Below, piece after piece: positions 53,354-63,210 of a DNA stretch of 64,000 nucleotides. A model generated the notes under the pieces. It searched no databases, had not been told where the DNA came from, and worked only from the letters and a program-made list of their open reading frames with translations. A program made the position numbers and the translations under genes. Source of the DNA: Candidatus Woesebacteria bacterium RIFCSPLOWO2_01_FULL_39_23 (lineage in GTDB: Bacteria > Patescibacteriota > Microgenomatia > UBA8517); NCBI GenBank assembly GCA_001793095.1, contig MGHG01000009.1, forward strand, positions 90,391-154,390. Direction: 5' to 3'. Within the stretch, counting starts at the first letter, position 1; each line of letters starts with the position of its first letter.

Positions 53354-55639
53354 TTACTTGTGCGAATTTAATGCAATTGCTTTTTCTGATTCATATATTA
53401 CACTTCTAACACGATCAATAGCATCAGGATTTACGGAAATGCTTGTTACTCCATATTTTATCAGTTTTTTAACAAAGTCTTCATAAACCGAGGGTGCCTG
53501 TCCGCAAATTGACGAGGTGACATTGGCGGCATTACAGTGTTTAATTACGCGCCGTAATGACCATAAAACAGCTGGAGATCTCTCATTAAATGATTCAGCA
53601 ACTTCGGCGTTATCTCTATCGGTTCCTGTTATAAGCATCGTGAGGTCATTCGATCCTATCGATACCCCATCAATGCCGACTTTTAAAAACTCGTCAATTA
53701 AAATAACATTTATCGGTATTTCAACCATCATCCAAAATTTAAATGTAGGACTGTCGAAAAGTCCAACCGAAGTGACAATTCTTCTGACCCTAGAAAGCTC
53801 CTCTGGCGATCTGACAAATGGAACCATTAGCCACAAATTTTTATATTTTTCGCGAACAATTTTTATTGCCTGTAGCTCTAGGTTAAATACTTCCGGATTT
53901 GAAATATAGCGAAATGCACCCCTAAAACCTAACATTGGATTTGCTTCCTTCGGCTCCCAGGCCTCTCCTCCCGGAAGCGAGCGATATTCATTAGTTTTAA
54001 AGTCTGTCGTCCGATATACAACAGGTCGGGGATCGAACGCCTTACAAAAAGTAATCATATCCGAAGCAAGTTTTTGAATAAAATGCTCTTGTTTTTTCTC
54101 TTTAATGGCTTCTTTTGGATGAATTCCTATATTTGCTATCATAAATTCAGCTCGCAATAGCCCGACGCCATCGATATTAAACTTTGATACCTCAAGTGCT
54201 CTTTCGGGTTCGGCTAAATTAACATACAAACGCGTGGCAGTCTTTAATTTTTTAAGTTTTAATTTTTTATGAGGTTTTACATTAATTTCTTTGACAATAT
54301 TGCTTCCTTCATAAATAAAACCCTTACTACCGTCAACAGTTACGATCGTATTTTCTTTTAATTTTTTAGTAGCCTCTTTTGTGCCTACGACACAAGGTAC
54401 GCCCAGCTCCCTACTGACAATCGCTGCATGCGAAGTTAAACCGCCTTCATCTGTTACAATTCCTGCGGCCTTTTTCATCGCCGGAACATAATCGGGAGAG
54501 GTCATTTTAGCTACGAGTATATCGCCCTGTTTTACTTTTTCAATTTCTTTAGGACTCTTTAACACCTTAACGATTCCTGTTCCGATACCTGGACTTGCAG
54601 CGGTACCAACAAGTATCGGTATTGCCGCCCCCATCATGGTCTCCTTTTTGATTTTACTTATTTTTTTGACATCACCTATTGTTGTTACCGGGCGTGTTTG
54701 GACTATATAGATTTTGCCTTTTTCCTTAGCCCACTCGGTATCTTGAGGGAAGTAATAATGTTTCTGAAGTTTATCGGATATTTTTGCTAATTCAATTATG
54801 TCGCTATCACTAATTTTTTGCTTTGTTTGTAATTTCGAAGGGACTTTTGCTTCTTTAGTCACTAACCCTTTTCGTATATAAGCCACTTTTTGGTCGGCAA
54901 TTTCTTTTGAAAGTACTGAATAGGTATCTTTTTGAACAACAAACTTATCCGGAACAACCGATCCCTGAACAATATATTCTCCCAGTCCCCAGATTGCTTC
55001 GATAATGATTTTATCTTTTTCATTTGTAACTGGATCGATTGAAAACATAACACCCGACGCTTCGGACTGAATCATTTTTTGAATAATGACCGAGATCTTT
55101 ACTTTATCGTGATCAATTTTATTCTGTACTCGATAAAATATTGCTCTGGCTGTAAAAAGAGAAGCCCAACATTCTCTTACGGCCATAAGTAAGTTATTGA
55201 AGCCTTTGATATTTAGGAAGGTTGCCTGTTGTCCGGCGAATGAGGCACCGGGTAAATCTTCAGCTGTAGCGGATGACCTGACAGCGACAAACGCCTGTTT
55301 GAAAGTTCCGGACAATTTTTTGTAAGCAGATGTAATTTCGCGGGCAACATCATCAGGTATTTGTGAATTATTAACAATTTTTTGTATTTTTTTGGAAGCT
55401 AGATCAAGTTGTTCGGCGTCATTAACATCAACTTGTTTAAGGAGGTCATTTATTTGTTCTGTAATCCGGTTAAAATCCAAAAACTTTTGGTATGAAGCGA
55501 CGGTTATTGCAAAGCCGCCGGGCACCGGAAAACCAGCTTTTGCCATTTCTCCGAGGTTCGCACCCTTTCCTCCTACAAGAGCAAGGTCATTTTTATCGAT
55601 ATCTTTAAAGAATAAAATTAGGTCAGTATTTAATGTCAT
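53354..55639 (-). CDS. ppsA: Phosphoenolpyruvate synthase (pyruvate, water dikinase)
   Basis: N-terminal ATP-grasp-like ...GGKGANLGEM..., phospho-His domain GGLTSHAAIVSRELGVPCVVG and a C-terminal PEP-utilising TIM barrel. 761 aa. Confidence 0.8.
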   Translation of the reverse strand: MTLNTDLILFFKDIDKNDLALVGGKGANLGEMAKAGFPVPGGFAITVASYQKFLDFNRITEQINDLLKQVDVNDAEQLDLASKKIQKIVNNSQIPDDVAREITSAYKKLSGTFKQAFVAVRSSATAEDLPGASFAGQQATFLNIKGFNNLLMAVRECWASLFTARAIFYRVQNKIDHDKVKISVIIQKMIQSEASGVMFSIDPVTNEKDKIIIEAIWGLGEYIVQGSVVPDKFVVQKDTYSVLSKEIADQKVAYIRKGLVTKEAKVPSKLQTKQKISDSDIIELAKISDKLQKHYYFPQDTEWAKEKGKIYIVQTRPVTTIGDVKKISKIKKETMMGAAIPILVGTAASPGIGTGIVKVLKSPKEIEKVKQGDILVAKMTSPDYVPAMKKAAGIVTDEGGLTSHAAIVSRELGVPCVVGTKEATKKLKENTIVTVDGSKGFIYEGSNIVKEINVKPHKKLKLKKLKTATRLYVNLAEPERALEVSKFNIDGVGLLRAEFMIANIGIHPKEAIKEKKQEHFIQKLASDMITFCKAFDPRPVVYRTTDFKTNEYRSLPGGEAWEPKEANPMLGFRGAFRYISNPEVFNLELQAIKIVREKYKNLWLMVPFVRSPEELSRVRRIVTSVGLFDSPTFKFWMMVEIPINVILIDEFLKVGIDGVSIGSNDLTMLITGTDRDNAEVAESFNERSPAVLWSLRRVIKHCNAANVTSSICGQAPSVYEDFVKKLIKYGVTSISVNPDAIDRVRSVIYESEKAIALNSHK

Positions 55640-55700
55640 ATCCAGCTTATATCATAGTGGCAGATAATTATTTCTTTTTCAACTACATTCTTTTGCTTAA

Positions 55701-56789
55701 TTATTTACCGAGGGGTTGGCCAAGTTGTTCTTTGAAGTAGTCAACCCAGGGAATTGGAGCCGGATCGGTGTCATAGAGCATGGACAAGTAAAAATTCGTA
55801 TATGCTCCAAATTGAATAAGTTCGAACGATTGTGTAAGTTTATTTATAGAATTCAAAGTATATTCAAAATAACCAATATTATTTTTTTCAACAACTTCCT
55901 TTGTAATAGTAAACCTCTTTTTAATCCTTTCCGGATAAAGATTCGAGTCGGCGAAAATGAAAAAAAGGTTTTGGGGGTTCATTTCCGGATGTTTTAATCC
56001 CTCCATAAGATGATGATTAAGTTCAGGAATAAAAACATCCGTAGACATATTTTTTGTATTTTCATTCAACTGATTATTTACAGTATGCATTGCTCCGATT
56101 AGGTGACCGGAAGAGACGTAGATAATAACTTTTCCATACATGCTTCTTGCAAGTTGTTTGGCGGGATTATCGTTTTCAGTTATTTCAGAATGGCTTTTTG
56201 TTTGAATAGTTTTCATGATTTCTGCAGACTCATCAATGTCGCTTTTTTGGAGTTTGAAAAGACCAACTTTTGAGGCTAAAACCAATTGACCGACAATTGA
56301 ATAGCCGATGGCCATTCTAGGCTGATTTGATGGATTATATTTTGCATCAATTATATAACATGGAACACCTTTCTCTTGAGCTAGCTTTATAAGACTATTA
56401 CCACTCCCGATAGCCATCCATTTGCATTTCCTATCTATTGCTTCTTTGGCATTTTGCAACGTTTCCTCGGTTTCTCCAGAATAACTCGAACATATAACTA
56501 GCGTATGAATGTCACTAAAACCAGGTAAGTTATAGTCATTCACTCTAACTAAAGGCAATCTTAGGTCACTTCCATATACAGATTCAATTACTCGTGCACC
56601 CAAACCGCTGCCTCCCATACCACACATAACAACATTTTGGATATCTTTGTAAAAGTCGGGTACGTCAACCTTCTCTGCTTCCTCCCACGCATGGAGACAT
56701 TGGTCAGGTAGCTCGTCAATAGATCCCAACACATTCTGGCTATCGAGTTTTTTAATGTCTTCACTTGCATCAATATTTACCATCTTCAT
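55701..56789 (-). CDS. SIS-domain bifunctional phosphoglucose/phosphomannose isomerase (archaeal-type)
   Basis: Two SIS-like halves (MCGMGGSGLGARV; ICSSYSGETEET). 362 aa. Confidence 0.55.
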   Translation of the reverse strand: MKMVNIDASEDIKKLDSQNVLGSIDELPDQCLHAWEEAEKVDVPDFYKDIQNVVMCGMGGSGLGARVIESVYGSDLRLPLVRVNDYNLPGFSDIHTLVICSSYSGETEETLQNAKEAIDRKCKWMAIGSGNSLIKLAQEKGVPCYIIDAKYNPSNQPRMAIGYSIVGQLVLASKVGLFKLQKSDIDESAEIMKTIQTKSHSEITENDNPAKQLARSMYGKVIIYVSSGHLIGAMHTVNNQLNENTKNMSTDVFIPELNHHLMEGLKHPEMNPQNLFFIFADSNLYPERIKKRFTITKEVVEKNNIGYFEYTLNSINKLTQSFELIQFGAYTNFYLSMLYDTDPAPIPWVDYFKEQLGQPLGK

Positions 56790-56820
56790 ATGACAAGGTC
56801 CGACCTTGTCAATAGTTTAT

Positions 56821-58254
56821 TTATTTTACAAAATCTATATTCACACAAAGGGGATCATCCCAAATAACTTCTTTGTAACTATGTAGTATATCTTTAATAT
56901 ATTGCCTCCTTTTTTCAAAAACATCCTGTGTCTTAGCCTCAAACTTGACTGTAATATATGGTCCATTTTGTGAATATCGTATAACTAACATTCCATCTTC
57001 AAAATCTGCACGTATACCATCATCACCAGGAATTACATTTTCGTCAGTAATTTCCGCCCCAGAAAAATCTTTTTTAAACTTTACTGATAAGTCTTTTATT
57101 ACAGCTTTCTTTTTACCGTCCGGGCATCCAACTTTTATTTCAGGAGAAGATATAAATTGAGGAAAAGTTTCGTAAAGTTGACTTAGAGTCATATTTTTTT
57201 CTGATAAATATTCAAGAACTCTCAATGTTGCATATGTGCCATCGTCGTGCCCATATGCATTATCGGCGAAAAAGAAGTGTCCTGAAAGTTCTCCACCAAA
57301 AGCTGCACCCACTTCAGCTATCTTAGCCTTTATAAAAGCATGTCCAGTAAGCCACATAACGGGAGTACCTCCATTTGCTTTAATAACTTCTCTTACAACT
57401 TGAGAGCAAAGTGTATTGTATACAATTTTGGAATTAGGGAATCTTTCGAGAATGTCTTTTGAAAAAATTGCGACGGCTACATCGTTCCAAAGTACGCGAC
57501 CCTTCTCATCAACAAAACCAATTCTATCGCCATCTCCATCGTATGCCAATCCTATATCTGCTTTATTCTCTAGAACTACCTTCGACAAACTTTCCATTAA
57601 TTTTGCGTCAGTCGGATCTGGTGTTCCTGCGGGGAAAGAACCGTCTACTCCGGAATTAATTTCTATTACTTCACAACCTGTTTTTCTAGCAATTTCAGGA
57701 TTGAAGAGAGTTGTAGTACCTTTATGAGTATCCATAACAATTCTGTATGACTTTTTTATTTCAATTCGTTTTAAAACATCATTAATATAATCTTCTTTTA
57801 TATCTGCATTCGTAACATTACCCACCCTTTCAGATTGAAAAAAGTTTTCAGTTTCAACAATACGTTTTAATTCTTGAACCTCTTCCGGACCGGTAGTCAA
57901 AGAGAATCCTATTGCTAATTTAAAACCATTATAATTCCATGGATTATGAGAGGCGGTTATCATAACTCCGCCGTTAGTTTGAAAACGATATTGCCCATAA
58001 TAAACCATTTGAGTCATAACCATTCCCAAATCTATAAGATCGATTCCACAACTCGCTAGACCTTTTATAAATGATTCATGATATGAAGGTCCGCTTAATC
58101 TGCAGTCATAACCAATAACAGCTTGTTTTATCTTTCGCTTTCTAAGGAATGTTCCGTAAGCTTTTGCAATTGCTTCGACTTTAACTGGATCCAGATCGAC
58201 GTCAACAATTCCTCTTATGTCATAATTTCTAAATATTAAAGGATTTATTTGCAT
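56821..58254 (-). CDS. Phosphoglucomutase/phosphomannomutase (alpha-D-phosphohexomutase)
   Basis: Active-site ITASHNPWNYNGFK, Mg site DGDGDR and a sugar-binding GELSGH. 477 aa. Confidence 0.85.
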   Translation of the reverse strand: MQINPLIFRNYDIRGIVDVDLDPVKVEAIAKAYGTFLRKRKIKQAVIGYDCRLSGPSYHESFIKGLASCGIDLIDLGMVMTQMVYYGQYRFQTNGGVMITASHNPWNYNGFKLAIGFSLTTGPEEVQELKRIVETENFFQSERVGNVTNADIKEDYINDVLKRIEIKKSYRIVMDTHKGTTTLFNPEIARKTGCEVIEINSGVDGSFPAGTPDPTDAKLMESLSKVVLENKADIGLAYDGDGDRIGFVDEKGRVLWNDVAVAIFSKDILERFPNSKIVYNTLCSQVVREVIKANGGTPVMWLTGHAFIKAKIAEVGAAFGGELSGHFFFADNAYGHDDGTYATLRVLEYLSEKNMTLSQLYETFPQFISSPEIKVGCPDGKKKAVIKDLSVKFKKDFSGAEITDENVIPGDDGIRADFEDGMLVIRYSQNGPYITVKFEAKTQDVFEKRRQYIKDILHSYKEVIWDDPLCVNIDFVK

Positions 58255-58261
58255 ATCATAA

Positions 58262-58936
58262 TCATTCTAAGTATTTTATTATTAGTAAATCAAGAGACGG
58301 AAGAAGTTCGGCTTCGGATTTTTTAACTTTGACGTCTATTTTGGCTAATTTTGAAATAATTTCAGTTATTTTTTTGACTGAAAACTTTGATGCCTGATTT
58401 TTTAATTTACTTACCCTCCAATCTTGATAAGGAATAGAAGAAGGCTCCAATTTTACCCAGTAAAAATCTCGCATGAGTTTGGCTAGTAGACTGAAGATAA
58501 ATTCAATAGGCATATTACTTACTGAACTATGCAGTAGTTTGAGAATATTTAACGAATTTCCGGGGTAGAAAGAGTCCAGTAATCTCCAAATATATACGGG
58601 AAGCTTGAATTCTTCGACCTTAGAACCTTCGGGGAACGAATTCAGTACAGTTTTTGTAATAGGTGAATCCGAATAGATTAGAAGCATTCTTTCCTCCAAA
58701 TCTTTATTCTTTTTTACCCAAATAACATCATCCTTATTAATAAGCGAAGACGATTCAACCAAAACTAATCTTTTTGTATTAAAAAGTCCTTGTGATACAA
58801 GAGCTTCTTTTACGTTTTGGTTTTTATTGTCGATCTTTTCGATTTCCCACCCTTTGTCCTTGGCTTTTCCTAATAAAGTTTGAAGTCTAGTATAACTCTC
58901 TATCGTATTATCACCGTGAATTAGAATAATGTGCAT
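58262..58936 (-). CDS. Possible DNA polymerase III delta subunit (HolA-like), short
   Basis: N-terminal ILIHGDN...E.L.S..LF..KRLVLV pattern. Weak. Confidence 0.3.
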   Translation of the reverse strand: MHIILIHGDNTIESYTRLQTLLGKAKDKGWEIEKIDNKNQNVKEALVSQGLFNTKRLVLVESSSLINKDDVIWVKKNKDLEERMLLIYSDSPITKTVLNSFPEGSKVEEFKLPVYIWRLLDSFYPGNSLNILKLLHSSVSNMPIEFIFSLLAKLMRDFYWVKLEPSSIPYQDWRVSKLKNQASKFSVKKITEIISKLAKIDVKVKKSEAELLPSLDLLIIKYLE

Positions 58937-58937
58937 T

Positions 58938-59348
58938 TTAATATTTTATATTTTTCAGATACTGAGCGAACAATTCATCTACCCTATCGTGGAAATTTCT
59001 TTTACCGCGGGAACGTGTATGAGGAAGCAAACTCCCAGAAAAGTTTTTTGGAATATGGGCTAATTCATGGAGCAGAACCTTGTCCTGTTCTTTTATAGGT
59101 AATTTATCAAATCTTTGTGAGATAACTTCAACGATATATGAGGGATTAGTTTTTAGTGCTAATTGCCAAACCCTCGATAGGCCCCAGATCCTTGCATAAG
59201 CGCGTGTTGAGGAAGTGGTCGATCTGAACGTATAAATATCTGAAGATTTTAACCAACTTAAATCCAACGACGATATTAATATTTTGACTCTTTTTTTAAT
59301 ATCAGGAGCATGCTTCCAGTCAACACTAACCCATTTCTTTTTTCGCAT
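58938..59348 (-). CDS. SprT/DUF45-like putative zinc metalloprotease
   Basis: HELAHI (HExxH). 136 aa. Confidence 0.35.
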   Translation of the reverse strand: MRKKKWVSVDWKHAPDIKKRVKILISSLDLSWLKSSDIYTFRSTTSSTRAYARIWGLSRVWQLALKTNPSYIVEVISQRFDKLPIKEQDKVLLHELAHIPKNFSGSLLPHTRSRGKRNFHDRVDELFAQYLKNIKY

Positions 59349-59507
59349 TAAGTTATAATACTAATCTACTAATATATGCGAATGCAACTAATTCCTAATA
59401 ATAGTGATGATCAAAGAACATTCTCTAAAGTCAAGGTAATTAGTATTCTTATACCAGACTGCCAACGATCGCGGTCAGGTAGCTTAAGTACAGATATATA
59501 ATTAGTA

Positions 59508-59762
59508 TTATGAAACTTTGTAAACCTCAGCCCCCTCTTTTAATTCATTACTAACTTTTAGACCGACTATATCTCCTTTACTTGCCGATTGAATATTATT
59601 GTGTTCAACCTGCATTGAATCGACGTTTTCTTCAAACAGATCTTCTCCACCTCTAACAAATTTAACTTTGTCACCGACAGCTAAATTACCATCCAACTCA
59701 ACTATCGCAACTTTGATTTTATCGTAATAATGAGTAACTACACCGACTTTAAAATCTGCCAT
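59508..59762 (-). CDS. Small beta-barrel protein, EF-Tu-domain-2-like (hypothetical)
   Basis: 84 aa with a G..V..G.I..G..V...GD pattern and a strong GGAGGTGA RBS. Confidence 0.3.
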   Translation of the reverse strand: MADFKVGVVTHYYDKIKVAIVELDGNLAVGDKVKFVRGGEDLFEENVDSMQVEHNNIQSASKGDIVGLKVSNELKEGAEVYKVS

Positions 59763-59835
59763 TTATATCACCTCCCCCTGTGAGATAGTCACGTACGTGA
59801 CATCTCACGGGGTCCCGTTAGATGTCGCAGACTAT

Positions 59836-60339
59836 CTAACTGGGACCTTTCCTACTCTGAAATACATGTGTCAGGGCTACCGCCAATGCATCGGCAGCAT
59901 TATCAAAATGGGTTTTCTTGTGTGCTTTACTTTTAATATTATTACCTAATATTTTTCTTATAGATCTTTGAACATCTTTCTTATTGGCTCGACCACTACC
60001 GGTTATCATCTTTTTAATTGTTCCGGGTGCGTATTCAACTACTTCTACTTTTGTCTTTGAAGCTGCCAATAAAAGTACACCTTGTGCCTGGCCAACTGCA
60101 ATGGCTGTTTTTGCGTTTGTAGCAAAGAAGATTTTCTCAAACGCAAAGACATGTGGATTATAACTTTTTATAATAGCTAATATTTCTTTATAAATTATTT
60201 CCAGTCGGTTTTCTTTGAAGCCGTTTTTATCAGTTTCTATTAACCCCCAATTAATTACTTTAAAGTCGCCTTTGCCGTTCGTTTCAATTACTCCGTATCC
60301 TGTAGTAGCAGTACCGGGGTCGATACCTAAAATTATCAT
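59836..60339 (-). CDS. ruvC: Holliday junction resolvase RuvC
   Basis: MIILGIDPGTATTGYGVIE... catalytic-Asp N-terminus. 167 aa. Confidence 0.85.
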   Translation of the reverse strand: MIILGIDPGTATTGYGVIETNGKGDFKVINWGLIETDKNGFKENRLEIIYKEILAIIKSYNPHVFAFEKIFFATNAKTAIAVGQAQGVLLLAASKTKVEVVEYAPGTIKKMITGSGRANKKDVQRSIRKILGNNIKSKAHKKTHFDNAADALAVALTHVFQSRKGPS

Positions 60340-60656
60340 TAATCAATTATACCCTTTTTTGTTTTCTTTAGGGATGTCTTAGATTCTTCAAGATTTAAAT
60401 TTTTCTGAAAGAACTTAAGGTATACCAATTCAAAAATACCCAAAGTATTTAACAAAAGCAAAATAATAAACCAATATCTCTGGTTATTTCTGGAAGCTTT
60501 CCAAAGTGTATAACCTTTAATAAATAAAGACCAGGCAACAAGCAGTAAAGCAAAAAATTTATTATTAACGGGCAAGTAACTAAAGTTCTGTAAAAACTGA
60601 GACATGATTACATGAAGTACTTCACTTTTAAGTTGGTACGTTTTTCTTCGATCCAA
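60339..60656 (-). CDS. Small membrane protein (3 TM)
   Basis: 105 aa. Its stop overlaps the ruvC start. Confidence 0.35.
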   Translation of the reverse strand: MDRRKTYQLKSEVLHVIMSQFLQNFSYLPVNNKFFALLLVAWSLFIKGYTLWKASRNNQRYWFIILLLLNTLGIFELVYLKFFQKNLNLEESKTSLKKTKKGIID

Positions 60657-61294
60657 CTCCTGTATAAATCGGATAATTTCTCCTGAAATATCTGAGCTTT
60701 TAGCGATTCTTTTACGTCATCATATTTAGTTTCAGGAGAGTATGAACTTTTATTATCGTCAAACCGTTGTTGAATTTCTTCATCAGAGATACTTATTTTA
60801 TGCTGAAGTAATTTTTCCAATATTTTTTGAATTTCTATATTTTCTCTGAGTTCTTCAAGAGTCATGCCTTGTAGTGCAAGAACGTCGTTAAGGTTGCTTC
60901 CCTGTTGATTAATGCTTTCGGAAATTTTTGCCAACTCACTAGTTATTTCGTCTCGAGATATTTTAATATTATTGTTTTTGGCTTCCTGAAAAATAATTTC
61001 TTTTGTAATAATATCTTCAAGAACTTTGCCTTTATCTTTTTTTTCTAGTTCACTGTAAAGTTGGTGTCTGGCTATCAATCTACCGTTCACTGACGCGATG
61101 AAGTATCTTCTGAATAGTGCGTTTAAAACAATAACAAGAAGTATTGCAACAGATGCAAGAATTATTATTCGATTACTTTTAATTTGAGGAAATAAAGCGT
61201 TTTTATTGTTGTTACTTTTTTTGGCCAAAGACTTTTTAGTACCAGCAGAACTTACTTGTTTTTTATTTTTGGATTTAATTGCTTTTTTTGCCAT
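60608..61294 (-). CDS. SurA-N-terminal-domain-like periplasmic chaperone (no PPIase domain)
   Basis: TM anchor followed by a SurA_N-like helical region. The start is placed at MAKKAIKS (61294) rather than the ORF-track 61360. Confidence 0.35.
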   Translation of the reverse strand: MAKKAIKSKNKKQVSSAGTKKSLAKKSNNNKNALFPQIKSNRIIILASVAILLVIVLNALFRRYFIASVNGRLIARHQLYSELEKKDKGKVLEDIITKEIIFQEAKNNNIKISRDEITSELAKISESINQQGSNLNDVLALQGMTLEELRENIEIQKILEKLLQHKISISDEEIQQRFDDNKSSYSPETKYDDVKESLKAQIFQEKLSDLYRSWIEEKRTNLKVKYFM

Positions 61295-61331
61295 GCGCAA
61301 ATAGTAACACAAAAAAATATAAATTACACAG

Positions 61332-61550
61332 TTAAAATAATTTAAACAGAAACTTAACAATAATAAAAAGGACTATGGCTAGATAAAAAGATGTTCCGGT
61401 CGGTATGTAAAGAACTTTAGACATTTTTCTAATATAAATATCTCCCGGCAAAACCATTGGATTTCCAGGTTTAGAAAACTGGAAATACGCGATAGCAGCT
61501 GAAATTGCCCAAAGCAGAAAAAATAATTTAATACCTCCTAATTGCGCCAT
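61332..61550 (-). CDS. Small two-TM membrane protein
   Basis: 72 aa. Confidence 0.3.
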   Translation of the reverse strand: MAQLGGIKLFFLLWAISAAIAYFQFSKPGNPMVLPGDIYIRKMSKVLYIPTGTSFYLAIVLFIIVKFLFKLF

Positions 61551-61593
61551 TTCTTAATAATAATAGTTTAATAGACTATTGACAAGAAGATAT

Positions 61594-61685
61594 GACATAC
61601 TCGCCTCGCCGTGGCTTGAGCGAAGCGGGTCAGGGCTCGATTCATCCCCGAGCGTAAGCTCGGGGTTTTCTCGAAACTGCTATAC
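61594..61685 (+). repeat. Modular structured intergenic element, copy C (short form)
   Basis: Shares TATGACAT 5' context, a 5' hairpin (CGCCTCGCC...GCGAAGCGG), the GCTCGATTCATCC linker and the CCCGAGC-GTAA-GCTCGGG TTTTCTCGAAA CTGCTATAC tail. It ends 8 nt before the ATG of the next gene. Confidence 0.6.
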
Positions 61686-61692
61686 TTAGCGA

Positions 61693-62472
61693 ATGAAAAG
61701 ACGACTTTTATTGTTAATATTTTTAGTAATATTTATTTATTTATTTTTTCAGAAACACATTGTTAATGACAGCTCAAATCTCGTCCAGAAATCGGATCAA
61801 ATTGCATCTCCTACTCCAGTTATAAATCAGGCTCAGAATGAGATATCGAAAGAAAACATTACTTATTTTATTAATTGGTTTCGTGTTGAAGACACCAAAA
61901 ATTTCTTTTTAATACCTAATTTCCAGGAAAAATTAAGTTCCGAAGAAATTATAAAGAATAAGTCATGTAAATATTTGTCTAGTGCGGGTTTTTACACAAC
62001 AGACAACAAACCCATTGGCCTGTTTTATACAAATAACAAAAAATATTCTCAAGACACAGAAAACACAATATTTAATGGTTTTTTTTATGTTTCTGGCGAC
62101 GGATCTATTTTTATTGATCAAAAAGCACCTACAGAAAGTTATCGCATGGCAATACAAACGGGTCCGCTTATTAAATTTAAATCTAACTATCTTGATTTAT
62201 CTAACCTAAATAACGATTCTGCACGAAGAAATGTACTAGCCCTAAGTAATGATGGAAAAATTATTATTCTCAGTATTTATAAAACCAACTCTTTCTTTGA
62301 CGGGCCGAGATTACAAGATTTACCAGAAATATTAACTAAATATGAAAAAGAAAATCATTTTATATTAAGTGACGTTATTAATTTAGACGGTGGCTCCGCT
62401 TCGGTTTTTAAAAACGACTATGCATATTTAACTGAGTTAACAGTTGTTGGAAGTTTCTTGTGCTACATTTAG
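61693..62472 (+). CDS. Secreted protein, possibly phosphodiester-glycosidase-like (DUF2233-like)
   Basis: Signal peptide and a C-terminal NLDGGSAS motif. Weak. Confidence 0.3.
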   Translation: MKRRLLLLIFLVIFIYLFFQKHIVNDSSNLVQKSDQIASPTPVINQAQNEISKENITYFINWFRVEDTKNFFLIPNFQEKLSSEEIIKNKSCKYLSSAGFYTTDNKPIGLFYTNNKKYSQDTENTIFNGFFYVSGDGSIFIDQKAPTESYRMAIQTGPLIKFKSNYLDLSNLNNDSARRNVLALSNDGKIIILSIYKTNSFFDGPRLQDLPEILTKYEKENHFILSDVINLDGGSASVFKNDYAYLTELTVVGSFLCYI

Positions 62473-62852
62473 TCATACCTTATAATTTTACTTGAAGTTA
62501 TAATTCCTGCATCAGCTTCTAATGCAACTATTTCTATTTTATAATTTTTTATATTTTTTAAATTATGCATTAACAGATAATAATCAATAGTTTTCTTAAT
62601 TTTTCTAATTTTATTCGGTGTTATTGATTCCTCTGGTTTTCCGTATTTCTTAGACCAACGTGTTTTTACTTCCAAAAATGATAATGTATTTCCATCTTGT
62701 GCAATAATATCTATTTCGCCGAACTTTGAATGAAAATTCCGTTCTATCAAATTGTAACCTAAGTTACTAAGAAGCCGAATCGCAAATAATTCGCCGATGT
62801 CACCTTTAGAGCGCTTACTAAGCATTAAATCACTTTTGGCGTTTAGAAGCAC
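62469..62852 (-). CDS. YraN/UPF0102 family endonuclease
   Basis: GELFAIRLLSNLGY.LIERN......GEIDIIAQDGNTLSFLEVKTR. Confidence 0.65.
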   Translation of the reverse strand: MLLNAKSDLMLSKRSKGDIGELFAIRLLSNLGYNLIERNFHSKFGEIDIIAQDGNTLSFLEVKTRWSKKYGKPEESITPNKIRKIKKTIDYYLLMHNLKNIKNYKIEIVALEADAGIITSSKIIRYD

Positions 62853-63177
62853 GCGAATATATTAAATCAATCTCCTTTTTGGATTTGTTCCGTATGAAAT
62901 AAAGTTTTGCTTTTCTGACACCCTTTACTCCCATTTTAGTAACTTCTACATTCGTTAAAGTTGGAGATTTTGCAGGAAATATCCTCTCAATGCCTATCTG
63001 ATTAGCGCCAAGTCTACGAACGGTAAAACTTTTATTGTCAACGTCTCCCTTTATTTTAATAACGATACCGGCGAATATTTGAGTACGTTCTTTATTTGCT
63101 TCTTTAATCCGTTGATATACTTTAACTTTATCGCCGACTCCGAACATATTTTCACCGAACTTTAGTGTTAACGACAT
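62830..63177 (-). CDS. rplS: 50S ribosomal protein L19
   Basis: FGVGDKVKV...RIQIFAGIVIKIKG...FTVRRL...GIERIFP is the L19 signature. Confidence 0.85.
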   Translation of the reverse strand: MSLTLKFGENMFGVGDKVKVYQRIKEANKERTQIFAGIVIKIKGDVDNKSFTVRRLGANQIGIERIFPAKSPTLTNVEVTKMGVKGVRKAKLYFIRNKSKKEIDLIYSRASKRQK

Positions 63178-63210
63178 AATATGATATTTTAGCTTAAACC
63201 TAGCTACTTC

